Below, piece after piece: positions 22,353 to 36,591 of a DNA stretch of 64,000 nucleotides (positions within the stretch are counted from its first letter, which is position 1; the number at the start of each line of letters is the position of its first letter). The stretch is from Nemertoderma westbladi (Eukaryota; Animalia; Xenacoelomorpha), in the NCBI GenBank assembly GCA_032718475.1, contig JAUCBJ010007021.1, positions 33,536 to 97,535 of the forward strand. Direction: 5' to 3'. The notes under the pieces are model-generated. The model saw only the letters and a list, made by a program, of their open reading frames with translations. It ran no database searches and had not been told where the DNA came from. The translations under genes were made by a program, and so were the position numbers.

Positions 22353-23497
22353 AATTTGTGTTTTAAAAGTAATATATTTTTAGGTGTGGAGGCAAACCAA
22401 TTTGTAAAAATTATTAAAATTTACCTTATGCCGATAGTATTGATACTGAAATATTAATTTATCATGTCAGCGCCTCAACGAAATTATTTAGCTAATTATT
22501 ACTAATAATTACTTAGACTTAAATGCTAATAATTGCGATTAAATACTCGGCAATCATTTTGCGAGATAAAGCAAGATGGATTATTAGTCTGGCACCTTAC
22601 ACTAGTAGTACCTGCCTTTGTCCTATAGATGTAATTAGACGTTGCCAAGTAAGTGGTGAGATGACAGGACTGGTTTATGCCAAGGAATGAGAGAACTGGA
22701 AGTATAGAGTGACTAGGGCATTTTGATATCTTAATTAGGTTTAGATCAATTAAAAACACATTTCATAAAGCAAATCAGTTGAACTAATTAACAACTATAA
22801 TGTAATGGGGTATGGGGATTACATCTGTATAATGTTTAAGTATAAATATTTGTATCTTATACTTTAAAAAATAATATCCATTAAAAGTCATGTTTAAAAT
22901 GCTGTTTTACCCAAACCAACATTAATTAATTAAACATTAATTAATTAACTGAATTTATCTTACCTTCTCGAAGGCCATTCTCAAGGCCATTCTCAAGGAA
23001 TTCAACTTTGAAAGTTTCGAAACTGTTGCCAAACAACATGTATACCAAGTTTGGATGGATTTTAAAACTTTTAGATATTATTTTATTTTATTATTTTAGA
23101 TATTAACGGTTAAAATTTGACGTTTAAAATTTGACATAACAGAACAACATAATAACAGACACGCCGATTGAGTTAGTGGTACCCGTATGCTAAGCTCGCT
23201 TACTTTCGTGGCTCGCCTCAGATTTATTCCAGATATGCATACTTATTAATTGTTAAAAAGAACATTATTTTAATTCAGACATTGTTAAGTAATGTGGGGT
23301 AAATATAATAGGATATATATATATAATAAAATATATAAATAATATACATCCAGCATAATACTAATGTAACAGGGCATATTAATCTCTACCGTATAGGAAA
23401 ATATATTGCGTAGAATACTTTACAGTATTCAAGTCGGCTAGTCCGAATTAAACAGTATTATTATTATTATTATTAAAAATAATATGAATGAACTTAC

Positions 23498-26400
23498 CGC
23501 AAGGAGAAGTAGTTGTTGGAGGTACGACTGGTGGGGTGGTTGTAGGAGGTACTACTGGTGGGGTGGTTGTAGGAGGTACGACTGGTGGGGTGGTTGTAGG
23601 AGGTACGACTGGTGGGGTGGTTGTAGGAGGTACGACTGGTGGGGTGGTTGTTGGAGGTACGACTGGTGGGGTGGTTGTAGGAGGTACGACTGGTGGGGTG
23701 GTTGTTGGAGGTACGACTGGTGGGGTGGTTGTAGGAGGTACGACAGGTGGGGTGGTTGTAGGAGGTACGACTGGTGGGGTGGTTGTAGGAGGAACGACAG
23801 GTGGGGTGGTTGTAGGCGGTACTACTGGTGGGGTGGTTGTTGGAGGTACGACAGGTGGGGTGGTTGTAGGAGGTACGACTGGTGGGGTGGTTGTAGGAGG
23901 TACGACTGGTGGGGTGGTTGTTGGAGGTACGACTGGTGGGGTGGTTGTAGGAGGTACGACTGGTGGGGTGGTTGTAGGAGGTACTACTGGTGGGGTGGTT
24001 GTAGGAGGTACGACTGGTGGGGTGGTTGTAGGAGGTACGACTGGTGGGGTGGTTGTTGGAGGTACGACTGGTGGGGTGGTTGTTGGAGGTACGACTGGTG
24101 GGGTGGTTGTTGGAGGTACGACTGGTGGGGTGGTTGTAGGAGGTACGACTGGTGGGGTGGTTGTAGGAGGTACGACTGGTGGGGTGGTTGTTGGAGGTAC
24201 GACTGGTGGGGTGGTTGTAGGAGGTACGACTGGTGGGGTGGTTGTTGGAGGTACGACAGGTGGGGTGGTTGTTGGAGGTACGACTGGTGGGGTGGTTGTT
24301 GGAGGTACGACTGGTGGGGTGGTTGTAGGAGGTACGACTGGTGGGGTGGTTGTTGGAGGTACGACTGGTGGGGTGGTTGTAGGAGGTACGACTGGTGGGG
24401 TGGTTGTAGGAGGTACTACTGGTGGGGTGGTTGTAGGAGGTACGACAGGTGGGGTGGTTGTTGGAGGTACGACTGGTGGAGTGGTTGTAGGCGGTACGAC
24501 TGGTGGGGTGGTTGTAGGAGGTACTACTGGCGGGGTGGTTGTTGGAGGTACGACAGGTGGGGTGGTTGTGGAGGTACGACTGGTGGGGTGGTCGTAGGAG
24601 GTACGACTGGTGGGGTGGTTGTTGGAGGTACGACTGGTGGGGTGGTTGTAGGAGGTACGACTGGTGGGGTGGTTGTTGGAGGTACGACTGGTGGGGTGGT
24701 TGTAGGAGGTACGACTGGTGGGGTGGTTGTTGGAGGTACGACTGGTGGGGTGGTTGTAGGAGGTACGACTGGTGGGGTGGTTGTTGGAGGTACGACTGGT
24801 GGGGTGGTTGTAGGAGGTACGACTGGTGGGGTGGTTGTTGGAGGTACGACTGGTGGAGTGGTTGTAGGAGGTACGACTGGTGGGGTGGTTGTAGGAGGTA
24901 CGACTGGTGGGGTGGTTGTAGGAGGTACGACTGGTGGGGTGGTTGTAGGAGGTACGACTGGTGGGGTGGTTGTAGGAGGTACGACTGGTGGGGTGGTTGT
25001 AGGAGGTACGACTGGTGGGGTGGTTGTTGGAGGTACGACTGGTGGGGTGGTTGTAGGAGGTACGACTGGTGGGGTGGTTGTAGGAGGTACGACTGGTGGG
25101 GTGGTTGTAGGAGGTACGACTGGTGGGGTGGTTGTAGGAGGTACGACTGGTGGGGTGGTTGTTGGAGGTACGACTGGTGGGGTGGTTGTAGGAGGTACGA
25201 CTGGTGGGGTGGTTGTTGGAGGTACGACTGGTGGGGTGGTTGTAGGAGGTACGACTGGTGGGGTGGTTGTTGGAGGTACGACTGGTGGGGTGGTTGTAGG
25301 AGGTACGACTGGTGGGGTGGTTGTTGGAGGTACGACTGGTGGGGTGGTTGTAGGAGGTACGACTGGTGGGGTGGTTGTAGGAGGTACGACAGGTGGGGTG
25401 GTTGTAGGAGGTACGACTGGTGGGGTGGTTGTAGGAGGTACGACAGGTGGGGTGGTTGTTGGAGGTACGACTGGTGGGGTGGTTGTAGGAGGTACGACTG
25501 GTGGGGTGGTTGTAGGAGGTACGACTGGTGGGGTGGTTGTTGGAGGTACGACTGGTGGGGTGGTTGTTGGAGGTACGACTGGTGGGGTGGTTGTCGGAGG
25601 TACGACTGGTGGGGTGGTCGTAGGAGGTACGACTGGTGGGGTGGTTGTTGGAGGTACGACTGGTGGGGTGGTTGTAGGAGGTACGACTGGTGGGGTGGTT
25701 GTTGGAGGTACGACTGGTGGAGTGGTTGTAGGAGGTACGACTGGTGGGGTGGTTGTAGGAGGTACGACTGGTGGGGTGGTTGTAGGAGGTACGACTGGTG
25801 GGGTGGTTGTTGGAGGTACGACTGGTGGAGTGGTTGTTGGAGGTACGACTGGTGGGGTGGTTGTCGGAGGTACGACTGGTGGGGTGGTCGTAGGAGGTAC
25901 GACAGGTGGGGTGGTTGTAGGAGGTACGACTGGTGGGGTGGTTGTTGGAGGTACGACTGGTGGGGTGGTTGTAGGAGGTACGACTGGTGGGGTGGTTGTT
26001 GGAGGTACGACTGGTGGGGTGGTTGTTGGAGGTACGACTGGTGGGGTGGTTGTTGGAGGTACGACTGGTGGGGTGGTTGTAGGCGGTACTACTGGTGGGG
26101 TGGTTGTTGGAGGTACGACTGGTGGGGTGGTTGTAGGAGGTACGACTGGTGGAGTGGTTGTTGGAGGTACGACTGGTGGGGTGGTTGTAGGAGGTACGAC
26201 TGGTGGAGTGGTTGTTGGAGGTACTACTGGTGGGGTGGTTGTAGGAGGTACGACGGGTGGGGTGGTTGTAGGAGGTACGACTGGTGGGGTTGTTGTTGGA
26301 GGTACGACTGGTGGGGTGGTTGTTGGAGGTACGACTGGTGGGGTGGTTGTAGGAGGTACGACGGGTGGGGTGGTTGTAGGAGGTACGACTGGTGGGGTGG

Positions 26401-29400
26401 TTGTTGGAGGTACGACTGGTGGGGTGGTTGTAGGAGGTACGACAGGTGGGGTGGTTGTTGGAGGTACGACTGGTGGGGTGGTTGTTGGAGGAACGACAGG
26501 TGGGGTGGTTGTTGGAGGTACGACTGGCGGGGTAGTTGTCGGAGGTACGACTGGTGGGGTGGTTGTAGGAGGTACGACTGGTGGGGTGGTTGTTGGAGGT
26601 ACGACAGGTGGGGTGGTTGTTGGAGGTACGACTGGTGGGGTGGTTGTAGGAGGTACGACTGGTGGGGTGGTTGTTGGAGGTACGACAGGTGGGGTGGTTG
26701 TTGGAGGTACGACTGGTGGGGTGGTTGTAGGAGGTACGACTGGTGGAGTGGTTGTTGGAGGTACGACTGGTGGGGTGGTTGTAGGAGGTACGACAGGTGG
26801 GGTGGTTGTTGGAGGTACTACTGGTGGGGTGGTTGTAGAAGGCGGTGCTGTAGGGGGTGGGCCTGGTGGAGTAGTTGTAGGAGGTACGACTGGCGGGGTG
26901 GTTGTTGGAGGAACGACAGGTGGGGTGGTTGTAGGCGGTACTACTGGTGGGGTGGTTGTTGGAGGTACGACTGGTGGGGTGGTTGTAGGCGGTACTACTG
27001 GTGGGGTGGTTGTCGGAGGTACGACTGGTGGGGTGGTTGTAGGAGGTACGACTGGTGGGGTGGTTGTTGGAGGTACGACTGGTGGGGTGGTTGTAGGAGG
27101 TACGACTGGTGGGGTGGTTGTAGGAGGTACGACAGGTGGGGTGGTTGTAGGAGGTACGACTGGTGGGGTGGTTGTAGGAGGTACGACTGGTGGGGTGGTT
27201 GTAGGAGGTACTACTGGTGGGTGGTTGTAGGAGGTACGACTGGTGGGGTGGTTGTAGGAGGTACGACTGGTGGGGTGGTTGTAGGAGGTACGACTGGTGG
27301 GGTGGTTGTAGGAGGTACGACAGGTGGGGTGGTTGTAGGAGGTACGACTGGTGGGGTGGTTGTAGGAGGTACGACTGGTGGGGTGGTTGTAGGAGGTACG
27401 ACTGGTGGGGTGGTTGTAGGAGGTACGACTGGTGGGGTGGTTGTTGGAGGTACGACTGGCGGAGTGGTTGTAGGAGGTACGACTGGTGGGGTGGTTGTAG
27501 GAGGTACGACTGGTGGGGTGGTTGTAGGAGGTACGACTGGTGGGGTGGTTGTAGGAGGTACGACAGGTGGGGTGGTTGTAGGAGGTACGACTGGTGGGGT
27601 GGTTGTAGGAGGTACGACTGGTGGGGTGGTTGTAGGAGGTACGACTGGTGGGGTGGTTGTTGGAGGTACGACTGGTGGGGTGGTTGTAGGAGGTACGACA
27701 GGTGGGGTGGTTGTAGGAGGTACGACTGGTGGGGTGGTTGTAGGAGGTACGACTGGTGGGGTGGTTGTTGGAGGTACGACTGGTGGGGTGGTTGTAGGAG
27801 GTACGACTGGTGGGGTGGTTGTAGGCGGTACGACTGGTGGGGTAGTTGTTGGAGGTACTACTGGTGGGGTGGTTGTAGGAGGAACGACTGGTGGGGTGGT
27901 TGTAGGCGGTACTACTGGTGGGGTGGTTGTTGGAGGTACGACAGGTGGGGTGGTTGTTGGAGGTACGACTGGTGGGGTGGTTGTAGGAGGAACGACAGGT
28001 GGGGTGGTTGTAGGAGGTACGACTGGTGGGGTGGTTGTAGGCGGTACGACTGGTGGGGTGGTTGTAGGAGGTACGACTGGTGGGGTGGTTGTAGGAGGTA
28101 CGACAGGTGGGGTGGTTGTAGGCGGTACGACTGGTGGGGTGGTTGTAGGAGGAACGACAGGTGGGGTGGTTGTAGGCGGTACTACTGGTGGGGTGGTTGT
28201 TGGAGGTACGACAGGTGGGGTGGTTGTAGGAGGTACGACTGGTGGGGTGGTTGTAGGAGGTACGACTGGTGGGGTGGTTGTTGGAGGTACGACTGGTGGG
28301 GTGGTTGTAGGAGGTACGACTGGTGGGGTGGTTGTAGGAGGTACTACTGGTGGGGTGGTTGTAGGAGGTACGACTGGTGGGGTGGTTGTTGGAGGTACGA
28401 CTGGTGGGGTGGTTGTAGGAGGTACGACTGGTGGGGTGGTTGTAGGAGGTACGACTGGTGGGGTGGTTGTTGGAGGTACGACTGGTGGGGTGGTTGTAGG
28501 AGGTACGACTGGTGGGGTGGTTGTTGGAGGTACGACTGGTGGGGTGGTTGTTGGAGGTACTACTGGTGGGGTGGTTGTAGGAGGTACGACTGGTGGGGTG
28601 GTTGTAGGAGGTACGACTGGTGGGGTGGTTGTAGGAGGTACGACTGGTGGGGTGGTTGTAGGAGGTACGACTGGCGGGGTGGTTGTAGGAGGTACGACTG
28701 GTGGAGTGGTTGTAGGAGGTACGACAGGTGGGGTGGTTGTAGGAGGTACGACTGGTGGGGTGGTTGTAGGAGGTACGACTGGTGGGGTGGTTGTAGGAGG
28801 TACGACTGGTGGGGTGGTTGTAGGAGGTACGACTGGTGGGGTGGTTGTAGGAGGTACGACTGGTGGGGTGGTTGTTGGAGGTACGACTGGTGGGGTGGTT
28901 GTAGGCGGTACGACTGGTGGGGTGGTTGTTGGAGGTACTACTGGTGGGGTGGTTGTAGGAGGAACGACTGGTGGGGTGGTTGTAGGCGGTACTACTGGTG
29001 GGGTGGTTGTTGGAGGTACGACAGGTGGGGTGGTTGTAGGAGGTACGACTGGTGGGGTGGTTGTAGGAGGTACGACTGGTGGGGTGGTTGTAGGAGGTAC
29101 GACTGGTGGGGTGGTTGTAGGAGGTACGACAGGTGGGGTGGTTGTAGGAGGTACGACAGGTGGGGTGGTTGTTGGAGGTACGACTGGTGGGGTGGTTGTT
29201 GGAGGTACTACTGGCGGAGTGGTTGTAGGAGGTACGACTGGTGGGGTGGTTGTAGGAGGTACGACTGGTGGGGTGGTTGTAGGAGGTACGACTGGTGGGG
29301 TGGTTGTAGGAGGTACGACAGGTGGGGTGGTTGTAGGAGGTACGACTGGTGGGGTGGTTGTAGGAGGTACGACTGGTGGGGTGGTTGTAGGAGGTACGAC

Positions 29401-32400
29401 TGGTGGGGTGGTTGTAGGAGGTACGACTGGTGGGGTGGTTGTTGGAGGTACGACTGGCGGAGTGGTTGTAGGAGGTACGACTGGTGGGGTGGTTGTAGGA
29501 GGTACGACTGGTGGGGTGGTTGTAGGAGGTACGACTGGTGGGGTGGTTGTAGGAGGTACGACAGGTGGGGTGGTTGTAGGAGGTACGACTGGTGGGGTGG
29601 TTGTTGGAGGTACGACTGGCGGAGTGGTTGTAGGAGGTACGACTGGTGGGGTGGTTGTAGGAGGTACGACTGGTGGGGTGGTTGTAGGAGGTACGACTGG
29701 TGGGGTGGTCGTAGGAGGTACGACTGGTGGAGTGGTTGTAGGAGGTACGACTGGTGGGGTGGTTGTAGGAGGTACGACTGGTGGGGTGGTTGTTGGAGGT
29801 ACGACTGGTGGAGTGGTTGTAGGCGGTACGACTGGTGGGGTGGTTGTAGGCGGTACTACTGGTGGGGTGGTTGTTGGAGGTACGACTGGTGGGGTGGTTG
29901 TTGGAGGTACGACTGGTGGGGTGGTTGTCGGAGGTACGACTGGTGGGGTGGTTGTAGGAGGTACGACAGGTGGGGTGGTTGTAGGCGGTACTACTGGTGG
30001 GGTGGTTGTTGGAGGTACGACTGGTGGGGTGGTTGTAGGCGGTACTACTGGTGGGGTGGTTGTCGGAGGTACGACTGGTGGGGTGGTTGTAGGAGGTACG
30101 ACTGGTGGGGTGGTTGTTGGAGGTACGACTGGTGGGGTGGTTGTAGGAGGTACGACTGGTGGGGTGGTTGTAGGAGGTACGACAGGTGGGGTGGTTGTAG
30201 GAGGTACGACTGGTGGGGTGGTTGTAGGAGGTACGACTGGTGGGGTGGTTGTAGGAGGTACGACTGGTGGGGTGGTTGTAGGAGGTACGACTGGTGGGGT
30301 GGTTGTAGGAGGTACGACTGGTGGGGTGGTTGTAGGAGGTACGACTGGTGGGGTGGTTGTTGGAGGTACGACAGGTGGGGTGGTTGTAGGAGGTACGACT
30401 GGTGGGGTGGTTGTAGGAGGTACGACTGGTGGGGTGGTTGTAGGAGGTACGACTGGTGGGGTGGTTGTAGGAGGTACGACTGGTGGGGTGGTTGTAGGAG
30501 GTACGACAGGTGGGGTGGTTGTTGGAGGTACGACTGGTGGGGTGGTTGTTGGAGGTACTACTGGCGGGGTGGTTGTAGGAGGTACGACTGGTGGGGTGGT
30601 TGTTGGAGGTACGACTGGTGGGGTGGTTGTAGGAGGTACGACTGGTGGGGTGGTTGTTGGAGGTACGACTGGTGGGGTGGTTGTAGGAGGAACGACTGGT
30701 GGGGTGGTTGTAGGCGGTACTACTGGTGGGGTGGTTGTTGGAGGTACGACAGGTGGGGTGGTTGTAGGAGGTACGACTGGTGGGGTGGTTGTAGGAGGTA
30801 CGACTGGTGGGGTGGTTGTAGGAGGTACGACTGGTGGGGTGGTTGTAGGAGGTACGACTGGTGGGGTGGTTGTTGGAGGTACGACTGGTGGGGTGGTTGT
30901 AGGAGGTACGACTGGTGGGGTGGTTGTAGGAGGTACGACAGGTGGGGTGGTTGTTGGAGGTACGACTGGTGGGGTGGTTGTAGGAGGTACGACTGGTGGG
31001 GTGGTTGTAGGAGGTACGACTGGTGGGGTGGTTGTAGGAGGTACGACTGGTGGGGTGGTTGTAGGAGGTACGACAGGTGGGGTGGTTGTAGGAGGTACGA
31101 CTGGTGGGGTGGTTGTAGGAGGTACGACTGGTGGGGTGGTTGTAGGAGGTACGACTGGTGGGGTGGTTGTAGGAGGTACGACTGGTGGGGTGGTTGTAGG
31201 AGGTACGACTGGTGGGGTGGTTGTAGGAGGTACGACTGGTGGGGTGGTTGTAGGAGGTACGACTGGTGGGGTGGTTGTAGGAGGTACGACTGGTGGGGTG
31301 GTTGTTGGAGGTACGACTGGTGGGGTGGTTGTAGGAGGTACGACTGGTGGGGTGGTTGTTGGAGGTACGACTGGTGGGGTGGTTGTAGGAGGTACGACTG
31401 GTGGGGTGGTTGTAGGAGGTACGACTGGTGGGGTGGTTGTAGGAGGTACGACTGGTGGGGTGGTTGTAGGAGGTACGACTGGTGGGGTGGTTGTTGGAGG
31501 TACGACTGGTGGGGTGGTTGTAGGAGGTACGACTGGTGGGGTGGTTGTAGGAGGTACGACTGGTGGGGTGGTTGTTGGAGGTACGACTGGTGGGGTGGTT
31601 GTAGGAGGTACGACTGGTGGGGTGGTTGTTGGAGGTACGACTGGTGGGGTGGTTGTAGGCGGTACTACTGGTGGGGTGGTTGTTGGAGGTACGACTGGTG
31701 GGGTGGTTGTAGGAGGTACGACTGGTGGAGTGGTTGTTGGAGGTACGACTGGTGGGGTGGTTGTAGGAGGTACGACTGGTGGGGTGGTTGTAGGAGGTAC
31801 GACTGGTGGGGTGGTTGTAGGAGGTACGACTGGTGGGGTGGTTGTAGGAGGTACGACAGGTGGGGTGGTTGTTGGAGGTACGACTGGTGGGGTGGTTGTT
31901 GGAGGTACGACTGGTGGGGTGGTTGTAGGAGGTACGACTGGTGGGGTGGTTGTAGGAGGTACGACTGGTGGGGTGGTTGTAGGAGGTACGACAGGTGGGG
32001 TGGTTGTTGGAGGTACGACTGGTGGGGTGGTTGTAGGAGGTACGACTGGTGGGGTGGTTGTAGGAGGTACGACTGGTGGGGTGGTTGTAGGAGGTACGAC
32101 TGGTGGGGTGGTTGTTGGAGGTACGACTGGTGGAGTGGTTGTAGGAGGTACGACTGGTGGGGTGGTTGTTGGAGGTACGACTGGTGGGGTGGTTGTAGGA
32201 GGTACGACTGGTGGGGTGGTTGTAGGAGGTACGACTGGTGGGGTGGTTGTAGGAGGTACGACTGGTGGGGTGGTTGTAGGAGGTACGACTGGTGGGGTGG
32301 TTGTTGGAGGTACGACTGGTGGGGTGGTTGTAGGAGGTACGACTGGTGGGGTGGTTGTAGGAGGTACGACTGGTGGGGTGGTTGTAGGAGGTACGACTGG

Positions 32401-35400
32401 TGGGGTGGTTGTTGGAGGTACGACTGGTGGGGTGGTTGTTGGAGGTACGACTGGTGGGGTGGTTGTAGGAGGTACTACTGGTGGGGTGGTTGTAGGAGGT
32501 ACGACTGGTGGGGTGGTTGTAGGAGGTACGACTGGTGGGGTGGTTGTAGGAGGTACGACTGGTGGGGTGGTTGTAGGAGGTACGACTGGTGGGGTGGTTG
32601 TAGGAGGTACGACTGGTGGGGTGGTTGTTGGAGGTACGACTGGTGGGGTGGTTGTAGGAGGTACGACTGGTGGGGTGGTTGTAGGAGGTACGACTGGTGG
32701 GGTGGTTGTAGGAGGTACGACTGGTGGGGTGGTTGTAGGAGGTACGACAGGTGGGGTGGTTGTTGGAGGTACGACTGGTGGGGTGGTTGTTGGAGGTACG
32801 ACTGGTGGGGTGGTTGTAGGAGGTACGACTGGTGGGGTGGTTGTAGGAGGTACGACTGGTGGGGTGGTTGTAGGAGGTACGACTGGTGGGGTGGTTGTAG
32901 GAGGTACGACTGGTGGGGTGGTTGTAGGAGGTACGACTGGTGGGGTGGTTGTAGGAGGTACGACTGGTGGGGTGGTTGTAGGAGGTACGACTGGTGGGGT
33001 GGTTGTAGGAGGTACGACTGGTGGGGTGGTTGTAGGAGGTACGACTGGTGGGGTGGTTGTAGGAGGTACGACTGGTGGGGTGGTTGTTGGAGGTACGACT
33101 GGTGGGGTGGTTGTAGGAGGTACGACTGGTGGGGTGGTTGTAGGAGGTACGACTGGTGGGGTGGTTGTAGGAGGTACGACTGGTGGGGTGGTTGTAGGAG
33201 GTACGACTGGTGGGGTGGTTGTAGGAGGTACGACTGGTGGGGTGGTTGTAGGAGGTACGACTGGTGGGGTGGTTGTAGGAGGTACGACTGGTGGGGTGGT
33301 TGTAGGAGGTACGACTGGTGGGGTGGTTGTAGGAGGTACGACTGGTGGGGTGGTTGTAGGAGGTACGACTGGTGGGGTGGTTGTAGGAGGTACGACTGGT
33401 GGGGTGGTTGTAGGAGGTACGACTGGTGGGGTGGTTGTAGGAGGTACGACTGGTGGGGTGGTTGTAGGAGGTACGACTGGTGGGGTGGTTGTAGGAGGTA
33501 CGACTGGTGGGGTGGTTGTAGGAGGTACGACTGGTGGGGTGGTTGTAGGAGGTACGACTGGTGGGGTGGTTGTAGGAGGTACGACTGGTGGGGTGGTTGT
33601 AGGAGGTACGACTGGTGGGGTGGTTGTAGGAGGTACGACTGGTGGGGTGGTTGTAGGAGGTACGACTGGTGGGGTGGTTGTTGGAGGTACGACTGGTGGG
33701 GTGGTTGTAGGAGGTACGACTGGTGGGGTGGTTGTTGGAGGTACGACTGGTGGGGTGGTTGTAGGAGGTACTACTGGTGGGGTGGTTGTTGGAGGTACGA
33801 CTGGTGGGGTGGTTGTTGGAGGTACGACTGGTGGGGTGGTTGTAGGAGGTACGACTGGTGGGGTGGTTGTTGGAGGTACGACTGGTGGGGTGGTTGTTGG
33901 AGGTACGACTGGTGGGGTGGTTGTAGGAGGTACTACTGGTGGGGTGGTTGTAGGAGGTACGACTGGTGGGGTGGTTGTTGGAGGTACGACTGGTGGGGTG
34001 GTTGTTGGAGGTACTACTGGTGGGGTGGTTGTAGGAGGTACGACAGGTGGAGTGGTTGTAGGAGGTACGACTGGTGGGGTGGTTGTTGGAGGTACTACTG
34101 GTGGGGTGGTTGTAGGAGGTACGACAGGTGGAGTGGTTGTAGGAGGTACGACAGGTGGGGTGGTTGTTGGAGGTACTACTGGTGGGGTGGTTGTAGGAGG
34201 TACGACAGGTGGAGTGGTTGTAGGAGGTACGACAGGTGGGGTGGTTGTTGGAGGTACGACTGGTGGGGTGGTTGTAGGAGGTACGACTGGAGGGGTGGTT
34301 GTTGGAGGTACGACTGGCGGAGTGGTTGTAGGAGGTACGACTGGTGGGGTGGTTGTAGGAGGTACGACTGGTGGGGTGGTTGTAGGAGGTACGACTGGTG
34401 GGGTGGTTGTAGGAGGTACGACTGGTGGGGTGGTTGTAGGAGGTACGACTGGTGGGGTGGTTGTAGGAGGTACGACTGGTGGGGTGGTTGTAGGAGGTAC
34501 GACTGGTGGGGTGGTTGTTGGAGGTACGACTGGCGGAGTGGTTGTAGGAGGTACGACTGGTGGGGTGGTTGTAGGAGGTACGACTGGTGGGGTGGTTGTA
34601 GGAGGTACGACTGGTGGGGTGGTTGTAGGAGGTACGACTGGTGGGGTAGTTGTTGGAGGTACGACTGGAGGGGTGGTTGTACATACATTGTTGCAATGAA
34701 ATAAGCCAGAAGAACACACGCATAAGTTACATTCATCCTCCCATATAGTTTCATTTTCAGTGTACCATTTTTTAGTAGTTGTAGTTGGTAACAGCGTTGT
34801 AGATGTCTGCGGGGCAACTGGGGTAGCAGTGCCTGGTGGGACAGTGACAGTGCCTGGTGGGACAACTGGGGTAGCAGTGCCTGGAGGGACAACTGGAGTG
34901 ACAGTGCCTGGTGGGAAAACTGGAGTCGCAGTTCCTGGCGGGACAACTGGGGTGGCAGTGCCTGGTGGGACAACTGGAGTGACAGTGCCTGGTGGGACAA
35001 CTGGAGTCGCAGTGCCTGGTGGGACAACAGGGGTAGCAGTGCCTGGTGGGACAACTGGAGTGACAGTGCCTGGTGGGACAACTGGAGTGACAGTACCTGG
35101 TGGGACAACTGGAGTCGCAGTGCCTGGTGGGACAACTGGGGTAGCAGTGCCTGGTGGGACAACTGTAGTGACAGTCCCTGGTGGGACAACTGGGGTAGCA
35201 GTACCTGGTGGGACAACTGGAGTGACAGTGCCTGGTGGGACAACTGGAGTGACAGTGCCTGGTGGGACAACTGGAGTGACAGTGCCTGGTGGGACAACTG
35301 GAGTGACAGTGCCTGGTGGGACAACTGGAGTGACAGTGCCTGGTGGGACAACTGGAGTGACAGTGCCTGGTGGGACAACTGGAGTGACAGTGCCTGGTGG

Positions 35401-35691
35401 GACAACTGGAGTGACAGTGCCTGGTGGGACAATTGGAGTGACAGTGCCTGGTGGGACAACTGGAGTGACAGTGCCTGGTGGGACAACTGGAGTGACAGTG
35501 CCTGGTGGGACAACTGGAGTGACAGTGCCTGGTGGGACAACTGGAGTGACAGTGCCTGGTGGGACAACTGGAGTGACAGTGCCTGGTGGGACAACTGGAG
35601 TCGCAGTGCCTGGTGGGACAACTGGGGTAGGAGTGGCAGTTGAGGCAAGGGGTGTAGTTGTTGGCGGCATTTCATACTGGCATGGACATTC
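23498..35691 (-). CDS. Giant central exon (12.2 kb) of mucin-like gene: ECPC, (PPGTVTPVV)~30, short VWC-like Cys module, (PPTTTPPVV)~410; two 1-bp deletions break the frame
   Basis: TAG acceptor at 35692-35694 and GTAAGT donor at 23492-23497. It continues the TIL domain of exon 51237-51421 (CVDQT|ECPC). Phase 0-1 is restored if the single bases missing at ~24569 and ~27220 are added back. Confidence 0.9.
23510..34680. repeat. 27-bp coding VNTR (GGTGGGGTGGTTGTAGGAGGTACGACT)n
   Basis: About 410 units; variation is almost entirely at synonymous positions of the PPTTTPPVV frame. Confidence 0.98.
34810..35630. repeat. Second 27-bp coding repeat (PPGTVTPVV)n
   Basis: About 30 units of GTGACAGTGCCTGGTGGGACAACTGGA. 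Confidence 0.95.
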
Positions 35692-36000
35692 CTAGAATAA
35701 TTACAATAGTTAAAAATAATTTAATTGAATTTAGCAGTCCCCAGCCACTGGTGGTATGTGGACATTTAAATTATTATTAGGTACTGTTAATAGGTTCTCT
35801 CCTAACCAAATAAGTCACAACATTTTACTAAACTCCATTTTTTTAAATTAGGCAGCAGTATATTTTTGGCTATATCTGATCGTAGGGTTTTGATCGTACG
35901 GATCTGATTTTGGGCTGATTCTGTTCGGAATATAACGATTGTATTCAAATTTATTCAAAGGGGGACTGCTAGGCCTATTGGAAAATTAGTTTTACTAAAC

Positions 36001-36591
36001 TAGGGACCGGGACTCTCGACCATACCACCATAACGGTTCCGGTAGGCTACTAGGGACTGGGACTCTCGACCATACCACCATAACGCAACGGTTCCGGTAG
36101 GCTACTAGGGACTGGGACTCTCGACCATACCACCATAACGGTTCCGGTAGGCTACTAGGGACTGGGACTCTCGACCATACCACCATAACGCAACGGTTCC
36201 GGTAGGCTACTAGGGACTGGGACTCTCGACCATACCACCATAACGCAACGGTTCCGGTAGGCTACTAGGGACTGGGACTCTCGACCATACCACCATAACG
36301 CAACGGTTCCGGTAGGCTACTAGGGACTGGGACTCTCGACCATACCACCATAACGCAACGGTTCCGGTAGGCTACTAGGGACTGGGACTCTCGACCATAC
36401 CACCATAACGCAACGGTTCCGGTAGGCTACTAGGGACTGGGACTCTCGACCATACCACCATAACGCAACGGTTCCGGTAGGCTACTAGGGATCGGGACTC
36501 TCGACCATACCACCATAATGCAACGGTTCCGGTAGGCTACTAGGGATCGGGACTCTCGACCATACCACCATAACGGTTCCGGTAGGCTACT
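36001..36591. repeat. 50/55-bp minisatellite (TAGGGACTGGGACTCTCGACCATACCACCATAACGCAACGGTTCCGGTAGGCTAC)n, ~11 copies
   Basis: Near-identical tandem units, with or without a 5-bp GCAAC. Confidence 0.95.

Noticed and set aside
21867-22457. 196-aa ORF (CYPKVGVGATPI)n
   Set aside because: Translation of a 36-bp minisatellite with no coding support.
23484-35695. Huge plus-strand ORFs (GGTTGGVVV)n and (WWGGCRRYD)n, and the minus-strand (HPTSRTSYN)n ORF
   Set aside because: They are stop-free shadow frames of the 27-bp repeat. Only the minus-strand PPTTTPPVV frame connects to splice sites and cysteine-rich domains.
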